In this document: in pieces, positions 22,616-33,937 of the stretch
How positions within the stretch are numbered: position 1 is the stretch's first letter
Layout of the letters: each line of letters opens with the position of its first letter
From: Podarcis muralis
Lineage: Eukaryota
NCBI RefSeq assembly: GCF_964188315.1
Contig: NC_135661.1
Location: forward strand, 45,632,001 to 45,696,000
Length of the DNA stretch: 64,000 bases
Direction: 5' to 3'
Program-made: the position numbers and the translations under genes
The notes under the pieces: model-generated
Told to the model about the DNA's origin: nothing
The model's input: only the letters and a program-made list of their open reading frames with translations
Database searches by the model: none

Positions 22616-24495
22616 AGGGAAGACTTCCAGTTGTGTATGATATTTGTAATGAATTTGGAATGAATTGTTATGTTTCCTATCCCTCCTTCTGAAAATAAAA
22701 CAAAACTAAGTTTAGGATTTGCACAGCAAATCCTGAACCAAGGAGCTGAGGTATTTCCAGTGTCACCAAAGTATTTACACTTTTGACATTTCCTCACCTC
22801 AGGGTAGAAATTAGTTCAATTCATAATTCAAACCTACAAAATTTGCACTTCTAAAACCTATACAAACTAAAACAGATCTCTTTCAAATGTCACACTTCTC
22901 CTTATTTTGCAATGCAATTTTGCAACCCCAGAATGCATACAAAAATGTGTATATTGGTCAAAACAACATACAAAAATGTGTTCTATTAGGACAAAATAAC
23001 TTGCAAAAATGCATATATTTGGCACAACTGTATTTAAGTTTGTTTACTGGGAGAAATGCACATAAAAATACCTAATAAATTTCCTGCAGACTTGCTTTTT
23101 AAAAACGTTATAGACATATCTGGAAATGAAGCAAATAGCCTCAAGTTCAGAGACTGGAAACAAACTTCATGTGATGTGATTGGCTGCTGCAGCCTTCCCA
23201 CAATGAGGAGAGCATGACTCTAAGCTCTACCTGGGTGAAATTAGGTTGCTTTGGTTCCTGAGCACATGTTTGCTTAAATAGGGCCCTCTCACTTCATCTG
23301 TGTTAGGTAAGAAGAGAGTGGCCTCAGCCAAACAGAACCTTCAACTGTGGTTTAATGTTATAGGAACATTAAACCACAGTTATAGGAACAAAGTAGTGAG
23401 GTTATGTGGTTTCTTTCCCCCTTCCCTCCTCCACTGCTTCTGCTCTTGATTTGTCATTCCATCTGAACATGACAAACTGGTCAGTGTTAACTATGGGTAA
23501 GTGAATGTTGTAACACCATTATGACTTCGAACCATTGCTTGTTACATGCAAGTTCCTGCCTATTTATCATTTTGTTTACTCTGACGAGTTTGAAGTTGAA
23601 GGGACATAGCCCTAGTTAGAAATGCCCTAGTTAGACATAGCCCTAGTTAGAAATGGCTTTCTGTATGTTTCTGAATCATGAGTTTACTCCTAGAATAAGA
23701 TTTTATTGTACAGAGTCTGAAGCTTTCTTACAGGAATTGATAATTGAAATTTGCTGGTAACACATGATTAGTATGCTGATCTTTGCATGAAGTAATAGGA
23801 AGTCAGGATATTTACTCATCCCTTCCAGGACCAGTTTGTCATCAAGAGATGGAGGAGTACACCTTTGGGAGTGGAGTCTATGGGGTGCAAGCCTGGGCAG
23901 TGTGTGTGGAGGTCCTGGGCTGCCCAGACAACAAGAACCACCCTGCTCTTGGCCCCACTGATGTGGTCTAGAGGAAAGGAAAGCAAGACAAGACATTTGG
24001 CATCAGCTTGGCAGCAGGAGTTGCCGGAAGGAGGCATACAAGATGCCTTAGAAACTCCACTCTGGATTTGTGGAGGAAGAGTTTAATTATGTGATGTGTG
24101 AAAGAAGTACTTCCTTTTGTCTGACTTCACTACCACTGAATGTGGTGATGGCCATTAGCTTGGAAGGCTTTAAAAGGAGATTAGATAGATTTGCAGAGGA
24201 TAAAGCTATCAAAGGCAGTAACTAATCATTATTTAAATAACTAGGTTAATAGGCATGGGAATTTGTGTATGAAAGTGAAGTTCGACATCATAAGAATTCA
24301 AGATTTGTGGTGATTGTCTTTGCATTCCAACTCTGATATTCACATAGAGCCAGTGAAAGCTGAAGGATATGATGGATTGCATGAATTTCTTGAGAAGCTG
24401 TGTTACTGCATCACCCCAGGCCATTTCCTCTGCATTTACCATGAACCTCTATATAAGATGGTGCTCACTCACTCTTTGCAACTGCTAATCACCGA

Positions 24496-25497
24496 ATGAG
24501 ATCCACAATGGCTCTCAATAGTTCTGTAGAGACTGGATTGAACAACACAGGGATGGACACTTTGTGGGTGCAGCACACTTTGCTTCCAAACCTGATTCTT
24601 AGTGCTTGCTTCCTGACTGGCATACCTGGGAATAGCTTTGTGCTCTGGATCATCCTAACCAAGTTTCCCCGGAGATCATTCACCATTGCACTCATCCTGA
24701 ACTTAGCCATGGCTGACTTAATGGCATTGCTCACAGTGCCATTTTGGATTTATGACTTTGCGACCAGCTGGAACTTGGGAGAGGCTTCTTGCAAGCTCCT
24801 TGTGTACTTTAACTATTTAACTATGTACGCCAGTATCTTTTTAATCACCCTGATGAGCCTGCATCGCTTTGCTGTGGTGGTTCTTCCGGTCGCTTCCAAA
24901 AGGTGGCAGAGACCACATGTGGTATACATCACTTTCGTGGCAGTTTGGTTGTTAGCAGTTGCCTTTGCGTCTCCAACTCTGATATTCACATCGAGCCAGA
25001 ATGTGGAAGGAGATTGCTCAGATGATGTGTATGGGGCCCAATGGCAGCAGATTGTGGATAACGTGGTGGAGACTTTGTTCAGCTTTGTGATCCCCTTTGC
25101 TGTGATCGCCATCTGCTATTCCTGTGTGGCAAGGAAGGTTGGGACTCTGAAATTCCATCAGAAGATGAAGACCAAGAAGCTGATTCTTGCTGTGGTTGGG
25201 GGCTTCTTTGTGTGCTGGCTCCCTTACCACATCTTCAGCCTCCTCACCGTCTGTGCACTGTTGCTGCAAAGCACCTTCCCAGGTGTGGCAAAAACTCTGG
25301 ATCATGCCGACAAGGTTGTCTCAAACATTCACTGGGCTGTAGCCTTTTTAAGCAGCACTGTCAACCCCATCCTGTATGCCTTTGCTGCACAGAGTTTCCG
25401 TGGGGAACTACAGGGGACCGGTTTTGCCAAGTTATTTTTCAAGCTGCATGAAGACACTGCTGAAACATCTGCTAACACTACAACCACCAAGAGGTAG
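24496..25497 (+). CDS. Leukotriene B4 receptor-like GPCR, copy 3 (divergent paralog, 333 aa; alternative ATG at 24508)
   Basis: Intact ORF with GIPGNSFVLW, LNLAMADL, MYASIFLITLMSLHRF, CWLPYH, AFLSSTVNPILYA, GFAKLF; N-terminal sequons NSS and NNT. Confidence 0.9.
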   Translation: MRSTMALNSSVETGLNNTGMDTLWVQHTLLPNLILSACFLTGIPGNSFVLWIILTKFPRRSFTIALILNLAMADLMALLTVPFWIYDFATSWNLGEASCKLLVYFNYLTMYASIFLITLMSLHRFAVVVLPVASKRWQRPHVVYITFVAVWLLAVAFASPTLIFTSSQNVEGDCSDDVYGAQWQQIVDNVVETLFSFVIPFAVIAICYSCVARKVGTLKFHQKMKTKKLILAVVGGFFVCWLPYHIFSLLTVCALLLQSTFPGVAKTLDHADKVVSNIHWAVAFLSSTVNPILYAFAAQSFRGELQGTGFAKLFFKLHEDTAETSANTTTTKR

Positions 25498-25891
25498 GGC
25501 AGAGTCATAACTAAAACTTATTGGTTTGAACGGAGTTTCATCCATGTAAGCACATGATCATGGATTTCAACAGTTCTGAGCAAAATGGAAGCCTCTAGTT
25601 TCCAACGGTTGTGATATTCATTTCCAGTGACAAGGGTATAGCTGAAGCTAAATAGAGTAGCAGCAGGGAAAGATTCCCTCAGGGTCTTCTCTTGAACCTG
25701 ACAAGTTTCTATGTGCATAGCAACCACATTTCTGGTTTGCTTGCAACTATCCCATGTGGAGAACTCCGTCTGTCTACTGCAGCCCATAAACTCTCCTGCC
25801 TGCCCCCAGTCTGTTACCTGCTTCTTATCAAAGTCTGTAAAATATTCATTTTATCCCTGTCCCTTCCAGGCCTTCCAGTGACAACAGTATA

Positions 25892-26243
25892 GATGAAGCT
25901 AAACTGCCTCAGCCCAATATACTTGAAGGAGCGTCTCCACTCCCATTGTTCAGCCTGGACACTGAGGTCCAGCGCCAAGGGCCTTCTGGTGATTCCCTCT
26001 CTGCAAGAAGTGAGGTTACAGGGAACCAGGCAGAGGGCCTTCTCAGTAGTGGCGCCTGCTCTGTGGAATGCCCTCCCATCAGATGTCAAGGAAATAAACA
26101 ACTATCTGACTTTTAGAAGACACCTGAAGGCAGCCCTGTTTAGGGAAGTTTTTAATCTTTGATGTTTTATTGTATTTTTAATATTCTGTTGGGAGCCGCC
26201 CAGAGTGTCTGGGGAAACCCAGCCAGGTGGGGTATAAATAAAC

Positions 26244-26284
<41 letters not shown>
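25892..26284 (+). mobile_element. L2 LINE 3' end with (ATT)n tail
   Basis: Encodes LKERL..RTLRSS..LQGTRQRAFSVVAPALWNALPSDVKEINNYLTFRRHLKAALFREVF; 3'UTR gccgcccagag..ggggaaacccagccag..gggtataaataa then (att)n. Confidence 0.85.
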
Positions 26285-26287
<3 letters not shown>

Positions 26288-26288
26288 C

Positions 26289-26436
26289 CAGTGCTTTTTT
26301 CAGGGCAGGACAAGGAGGGGTACGCCTACCCCTAAACATTTTGTGAATCTAAGCTTGGCCTCATTGAAGGGCAGTATTTCAATATGAGTAGGAAAATGAG
26401 AGTACCACTAAACTTTTTTTTTTAATAAAAGCACTG
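26289..26436. mobile_element. hAT-type MITE
   Basis: CAGTGCTTTTTT ... AAAAGCACTG; interior homologous to 12382-12616. Confidence 0.6.
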
Positions 26437-27849
26437 ATTATTATTATTACTACTTAAAGAGCAGGTGGGTGGGGGATGGAACCTGGTATAATATAATACT
26501 GTATTTTATAAGATATCTAACATAATAAGAATATAAGATATTAAAAGCCCTTGTTTTGATATTAGCTTTATGACATTGGTTTGATGTATTATTGTTGAGA
26601 TCAGCACTTATTAAACTATCTGATGTAGTCATCCAGCAATTCCCGCCCACCCAATGTGCCAGGCATCAGTACATTTGATCTCTGAAGTGTCCCACCCAAC
26701 CTGGGCTGTGGTGGAGTTCAGCATGGACTAGCAATGGCTTATGGACGGCACCAGTCTGTGGACCACCACTTTGAGATAGCACTAGTCTAAGATGTTGCTG
26801 CTAAGATACCCTGCCCCTCTGCCTGGGTTGCCCCAGTCACTCTGGGTGGCTTCTTGCAGGCTTGCTTATAAATAGTCTATTTATTGTTCACTCATTGTGA
26901 GGCTTTTAAATGTTATAAACCGCTTTCAATAGGCTTCTCCCATATTTTATGCCTTTAAAATATCGTGAAATAAAATAAATGGACCCAGTCTCTGCTGTGT
27001 GGTGTTATGTTTGCAGGTGGAACATCCCAGCTGGGGAAACTCCTGTTGAATGTAGGCATGAAGTCACCCAAGATGAAACATGAAGCAGCATTGCCTTGTG
27101 CATGAACTCTCATCATTTGCATACGGCATATAAAATGAAGGTGGGAATAACTAGTGCTTGTGGTTGCTTGGTATTCAGTGAAGTATACTCTGTGCATGTT
27201 CAGGGGCAAACTTTTCTTTCTTATAGCTTCTCTTAAGCCTGGCAGTGCTACATTCCTGGAAGAAGAAAACAGTAGTTGTCATGAGGGGGCAACTGCCACC
27301 AAGCCCATTTGGGGGAATAACTTTTTGGCAGGATTGTTTCTGAAGTTCCAGGCCAGAGTTTGATATTTATTCTGCTGCCAGGTATGTTCCAGAGGACAGG
27401 TGCTCTCAAAAGCAGGCTTTGTCAGCCAGAGACCAAGCTTTAAATCAATTTTTTTGTTAGCCACCTTGCACTATATAATCCGCTCAGAACTTTTAATTGA
27501 ACAACATCATACTAAGAATGCATAAACAGATGTTAACTCACTTTAAGGGAACATAGGAAATAAAAGTCAACAGTAAACTTATTGAAAGCTGGACATATCT
27601 TTCAAGAATTAAAACATAAGAAGATGATCCTCGATGGATATGAAGAAATAACATCATTTGAATCACATTTTTTGAGAAAGTTACACCATTTTCTTTTTTC
27701 TCTTTTGGGACTTGGGTTTGTTCCTTTTGCATCTGTCCAGTGTAAATAAAACTATGTATTGTGTATGATAAAAAAAAACTTATTAAAAATACAACAGGTT
27801 ATTAAATGACATAACATAAGAAACATTTCTGGTTGAAAAAGTCCCCAAT

Positions 27850-28078
27850 ATGAATATGCGATGTTTTCTAGAAAGAAAATCCAAAGGCTTTGGATTAGGC
27901 TTAGAAATCAGTGTGCTTATAACAGACATTCAAGGGACTGTAGCCTTTTTAAGTTGCTCTCTGAAGTACTATATGACACTTCCATGGGGGACTACAAAAG
28001 CCCAATTTTGCCAAGTTATTTGTGGATGATAAATCTGCTAAGGATACTACTGGTGCAATGTAGCATTTGTAATTCCAG
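27850..28078 (+). pseudogene. Relic of a fourth LTB4R-like gene (TM7 to stop region)
   Basis: cattcaagggactgtagcctttttaagttgc...cttccatgggggactacaaaagcccaattttgccaagttattt...aaatctgctaaggatactactggtgcaatgtagcatttgtaattccag aligns with copy 1 ccttcatgggtctgtagcttttttaagcagc...cttccgtgggggactacgagagaccaattttgccaagttattt...aaatcttctaaggacaatactgtttcaatgcaggttctgtaactccag, with deletions and frameshifts. Confidence 0.8.
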
Positions 28079-28109
28079 ATTTAGGCACCATATGTGCAAT
28101 ATATTTGAA

Positions 28110-28440
28110 GTGGCATTATGCCACTTTTTAACAGTCACGTCATCCCCCAAAGAATCCTGGGAACTGTGATTTGTTAAGAAAGTTGTTAAGAGAGCCCTAT
28201 TCTCCTCACAGAGCTACTGTTTCCAGAGTGGTTGAACAATCAATACTTTTTCTCAGGGAACTCTAGGAATTGTAGCTTTGTGACAGGAATAGTGGGCCTC
28301 TTAACAATCCTTAGCACCCACAGAGTCATGGGACCTATTTAAGGGTGCTGGGAGTTGTGAGGAGACCCTTAACAAACTACAGGTACCCAGTTTTTTTAGG
28401 AGAAGTCATGTGTGTATTTGGGAGCTTTAAATGAATGGTG
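28110..28440. mobile_element. Palindromic non-autonomous DNA element (aactacagttcccag / ctgggaactgtagtt family)
   Basis: Internally inverted cccaaagaatcctgggaactgt..ttgttaag..cctattcccctcacagagctac; further copies at ~35245-35450, ~38920-39225, ~42900-43060, ~53670-53985. Confidence 0.55.
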
Positions 28441-30445
28441 TGACTATAATTTAAAGCAACACATCAGCTCTATTTTCTTCTTGACAGCCCTTAAGGAATT
28501 TGAAGACAACTATCATGTCACCCTGTCATCTTTTATTCTCCAATCTAAACGCGCTTATCTCCTTCAAACATTTCTTATAGGATTTGGTTTCCAGATCCCT
28601 CACCATACTGGTCATGTACCAGTGGTGAAAGGAGAAAGGGGTCGACCAAGGATGGAGCTTTCATTTTGCTGCATTCTATTGTTTTTGGAGTGGCATTGTT
28701 CTGTGAAGTTCACATGGTGCACATGGAACATGGCAGGCAATTGTGGTTAGCTGGGGTTAAGGGAAATGCACTCTGTAGATGCTCAGAGGCAAACCTTTAT
28801 TTCTTATTATTTCTCATGAATCTGGTAGTGGTAAATCCCTGAAGAGCAGGTGTTGTGAGCAGGTAGCTGGTGAAATCCTTTGCTTGAAAAAGGCCCCATG
28901 AGAAAGTGTGTTTTTGAGAAAAGAAATGCAAGTTTATATTTTATACCTGTTAAAGGAGGGGAAAGAACATCACTTCCTGTTGTAGTTTTCAAAATGTGTG
29001 GCTTGTGGTGGGGGGAAGAACTTCTGTTTTTCTCTGCAGGGACAGCAGAAATGATTTCTAGATGTGTACTTAACAGATTTTGAAATGAATTGTTTTGCAT
29101 CCACACTTACGCCACTATGTAACCAGCCCTTACACCAGGGTTGGGTTGGGTAACCATATGTACTACCTTACAGAGGACAGTCCTCTATTTGAAGAAAGCC
29201 TCTATCTCTGTCCTTGCAGGGGACTAGAGATGGGCGAATCTGTTAATTTTGGTTTCCCCCAGTTTTGCATTCCAGTCTTAAGTTCAGTTGTCCACATTTC
29301 CACATCAGTTTTGCAAGTTAGAAAGATAAAAAAGGTTCTCATGAAAATTCACCAGCATTTTAGTGTGAATTTCTCTTGCATGAAGTTTTGCCAATTTTTT
29401 TGCAAAGCAATTTCCCCTAATATATTGCACTTTGGTATGCTATTTTCACCAACATGCAAAGAGATGGCGGCTTATCTCTTCCTTTCCTGATTGGCCAGGA
29501 GTTTAGGGCCCAAGATATGCTGGAGTGGTTGGTTCCCATTGCACTAGGAAAAAAAAAAGGATAAGCCTGTCTTCCCTAAGTGCCGTGTTCACCATAAGGG
29601 CTACATGCCTTTAATTTAGAAAAGAAAAACTGAATGCTATTTATCTAGAAAACATTATCTAGCAAGCATATTCGGTTCTTAAGCATGAATTGATAAATAT
29701 GTTGCTCTTGTGCTCCATGATTGTGCCCCATGATTTGCATAGTTCTAGGATAAAGCACATTACGCTGTCTGCATAATTTGTAATGACAATGCAATAAGCA
29801 GTGCTCTTTTGGGAGTAGAGGCCAGTACTGGCTTTGGTGCCATTTGCCAATCATATTAATCTTTTCTAAATGCTACAAGAGATGGGCTTCAGTGTACTAG
29901 TTGGTCTGCACAAGTGTTACACTCATATACTGTGTAGAATTCATAAGTGGGTTTGGGTGTGGATGTGATCTGAGCATATATTAACACCCAAAACCACACA
30001 ACCCACAGAAAACTAGTGCAACTGGTGCGTAATAGACAACCATTCCTGCGTATACTCTTGCATAGAATATAGAGCAGGTGTGGAGAGCCTTTGGCCCGGC
30101 AGATGCTGCTGAACTCCCAACAGTCATAGCAAACATGGCCACTGGCTAGGGATGATGGAAATTGTAGTTCAGCAACACCTGGAGGGCCAAAGGTTCCTCA
30201 CACATGGTAAGGAGACTGCATGTGGCTGTGCATGGCTGTGAATATGGGAGAGAGAACATAAAACTGACTAAATTTAGCCCCGCCCCCACAAAATGGCACC
30301 ATGTGTTTTGGATTGCTGGAATGTAAAAAACAACCCACCACCAACAGGCTCAATCCCCACTCAAGTTCCATCTTCCCAGGTCACCAGCTACCGTCCTGGC
30401 AAAGTTAGCAATGCAGCTGTAGACGTATCAGCATCTGTGGACGTA

Positions 30446-33400
30446 TCAGGCACATTTGGACTTCCCAAGGCAGAAGGGTGGCTCCGGAGCTGGAACAAAA
30501 ATGTTGCTAAAAACTGGGCGATAGTTCTCAGGCAGTACTTGAGGATTCTGCACCATGATCTCCAGCACGTTGTTGTGGATTTCTTTAGAGATGTCGCCAC
30601 GCAAGTGGAGGAGCATGGAAACGTGGTCTTCGCTGGTGAAACAACAGGCACAAAACGTGTTACCTCTCCCTTGGCCTCCTGCTGCCAACCAGGACTGGCC
30701 CTACCTTTAGAAAGAGTGAGGCAGCCACTCCACAAGGGGATGCTAGTGGGTGGAGAGTTGGAGAAGAGAGCTGTATGTTCTCCATTGTGGCCTACCCTCC
30801 AAACCCTTAGCTAGGCTGCTGTTCTCAGGTACACTGGAGGAAAGGTACCTGATACCAGTGCTGAAGGAAGATTGCTTTGGTGGAAATGGCCTTGTGGGCC
30901 AACGTGGACCCCCTGGCAGGCCAAGATTAGACTGCAGGTTGGAGAGTTATTACCCTTGCGTTATTGCTGGGGCGACTGCCAGAAAATGTTTTCGGCCTTG
31001 AATTTGGAGAACGGAAGGGATGCCTAAGGCCTCAGATCCAAGACCTGGCATCTCCAAGCAAAAGAATTCCAGCTCTCACAGTGCTGGAAAAGAACAATGA
31101 TTCTCTCTGTGTTGTATTTCCTGTGCTTCCTGTTTAGGGGCAAAATGCAAATCCTGTGCTTGGGGAAGCAGTGGTGGAAGATGGGAAAGTGTATTTGCTT
31201 TGAGTGCCCTACCTGATATCAGGATATTTTGTCACAAATCCCAGTACTTCCAGGCTCAGCATGGAGGGGTCCTTGAGACTGACGAGCTCCTGCAGGTCAG
31301 CAATCACTCTGAGAGTCTGTTCATTCTCCTCCAGGCCCTGGGAAAGGAAGCAGGAGACAAACTATACTATACCAGGAGGACAGAGCGGATGGACCGATGT
31401 GGAGGCTGCAAGATGAGTTATGATTGTCGAGTGACTATTACTACTGTTAGCAGTTGCAGTTATACTGCATGTGGGTTTTGCATTTTTATATATTGATTTT
31501 TGTTGAGATGGGTAAACCTCTCGGAGATTTTTAAAAAATAAATATAACATGGTATACAAGTTCAATAGATAAAGAATACCGTATCATACTGTACCATAAT
31601 AAAAATAAATAAAAAATTATCTAGTAGCATCTTATAGACCAACTAAGTTTGTTCTGGTATAAGCTTTTGTGTGCATGCAAGCTTCTTCAGATACCTGCAC
31701 CCAAAAGCTTATACCAGAACAAACTTAGTTGGTCTATAAGGTGCTGCTAGACAATTTTTTATTTTTTTTATTTCTACTGCATCAGAGCAACACAGCTACC
31801 TACCTGATATTGTACCATAGACATTAAAGCAGAGAGCAGCCCAGTCATCACTAGACCAGTGTTTCCCAACCTTGTGCCTCCAGCTGTTTTTGAACTACAA
31901 CTCCCATCATCCCTGACTAGCAAGACCAGTGGCAAGGGATGATGGAAATTGTAGTCCAAAAACAGCTGGAGGCACAAGGTTGGGAAACAGTTTCCCAACC
32001 TTGTGCCTCCAGCTGTTTTTGGACTACAATTCCCATCATCCCTTGCCACTGGTCTTGCTAGTCAGGGATGATGGGAGTTGTAGTTCAAAAACAGCTGGAG
32101 GCACAAGGTTGGGAAACACTGCACTAGACTACCTTCCACAGCATCCTTGAACGAAGTTCAACTAGGGAACAGCTAGCAGCTGTTGGCAGAGCCAGCCTCA
32201 TGACCAGGTGTTCTGCACAGTTGTTTATTCCCCAACCCCAACCCCAACCTGGCTTGGGTTGCCACCTCCTGACCAAAAGGATGATTGCCTGATGTGACTT
32301 TTTCATGCAGGTACTGAAATGCAAAGACACCTCAGGAGTAAGCAGCAACTCTAGCTTGGTATTATCGGCCAGACTTGCTAGGCAACAAAGTTGATCTCCC
32401 AACAGTTCGGCCCTAGGAGAAACCTGCACAGGTTTCTTTGGAAGCTGGAAGTCGTGCAACTAGATGCTAGGGATGTTGAAAATTTTGCTCAGTTCACATT
32501 TTAAGTGAATTTATTCCATTCTTACTTCCCAGACTAATACAGGAACTGGAATGCAGTTATCCTTCAGTTGTTGAACATCTTAAAATTTTGCAATATAGTT
32601 CATGGCTCAAAAATATAAAAAATGTGTACTTCAGGTCAAACTGCATATGAATTTCCCCCCAGTTTAAAACAAACAAATAGCTGATTGATGTGAAAATAGG
32701 AAATAACTAACTTTTGAATGAACACGTGCAAAACTGACACAATCTGGAAATAGAATGACCCATTCATCCCTATTGGATGCATATTTGATCTTTGCTGGCC
32801 ACGCACACAACTCTGTATTCAGCTTGGTGAGCAAAGTCAATCTCCCTTTCCTCTGTGATCACCAGCAGCTGCCAGCCCCATCCTTGGAACGTGTCTGGCA
32901 AAACATGATAGCTGTTAGCTGTTCCTTTCTCTCACCAGGCTGCAAAAGAGCTCCGTCAGCTGAGAGGCGTCTTGCACCATCTGCCTGGCCGTCCGGCTTC
33001 TCTCCTCAGCGTTCCGGCAGACTAGCCTTTTCTGCAAGAGAGCCCTCACGTACTGGCTCATGACCAAGCGCTCAGTCTCTGACAGGAGGTGCTGGACATC
33101 AAGGGGGGAAAATTGCCATGGTCATTCTAGTTAATGGGAGCTGCACTGAGACAAAAGGCAGAAACGCAGTGTGTGTGTGTTTCCTGCAGTGGTGGCTGGT
33201 GTCCACTGGGCCTGGTAGGGCAGGAGGCAGGGAGGTCAATAGTAGGAGCCAGAGCCAATGGCAGGCAGAGATAACTAATTCTAGGTTTGTCCCCATCTTG
33301 CTGGTGATGGGTGGCGCTGAAGCTGGCAATGGGCATGGCCAGAGCAAAAAGTGGGAAGGACCTCCCTTTGACACACACTCTCTCTCTTTCTCTCTCCCCT

Positions 33401-33863
33401 CTCCCCCGTCTCTTTCTTCCACCCCATTTTCTTTCTCTTTCTGATAAGTTTGCAGAGAGCTTACCCTCGCTTTCTGTCATTCCACCAGTCTTGGCTCCCT
33501 GCCCCTTTCTTGCCAGGCCCCCCTCACCCACTTGAAATCCAAAGCCCAAAGGCCACGTGTAAACCTCAGGCTGCAGACCCCCCACTTCTAGAATCTAGAG
33601 GCAATACTCAAATGGTAGACCACCCTCCCTGAAGCTAGCCAACCAGCAGTGCACAGATCTTCCCACCGCTGTCAGCCCCCAGCTATGGAGGGATCTTACC
33701 ATGCTCATTGGCTTGTGAGTTCTGCAGAAGAATTTCATGTGCATTTCTACCACCTCGCATATGCTGCTCAGCACCTGGGATTCACCAGACAGCCATTGAC
33801 GGGAGGGCATCTGAGCAAACGGAGGCTGGGACAGAACAAGGGACGTATTAAGTTGTTTTAAAA

Positions 33864-33937
<74 letters not shown>

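Noticed and set aside
23603-23657. Short tandem duplication of gacatagccctagttagaaatg
   Set aside because: Ordinary slippage duplication; not a spaced repeat array or CRISPR.
23783-24086. Exon-like GC-richer stretch upstream of receptor copy 3 (ccttccag|GACCAG...)
   Set aside because: No protein similarity recognised; could be a 5'UTR exon but unsupported.
30293-30814. 173-aa + strand ORF
   Set aside because: Antisense shadow of the EXOC3L1 last exon.
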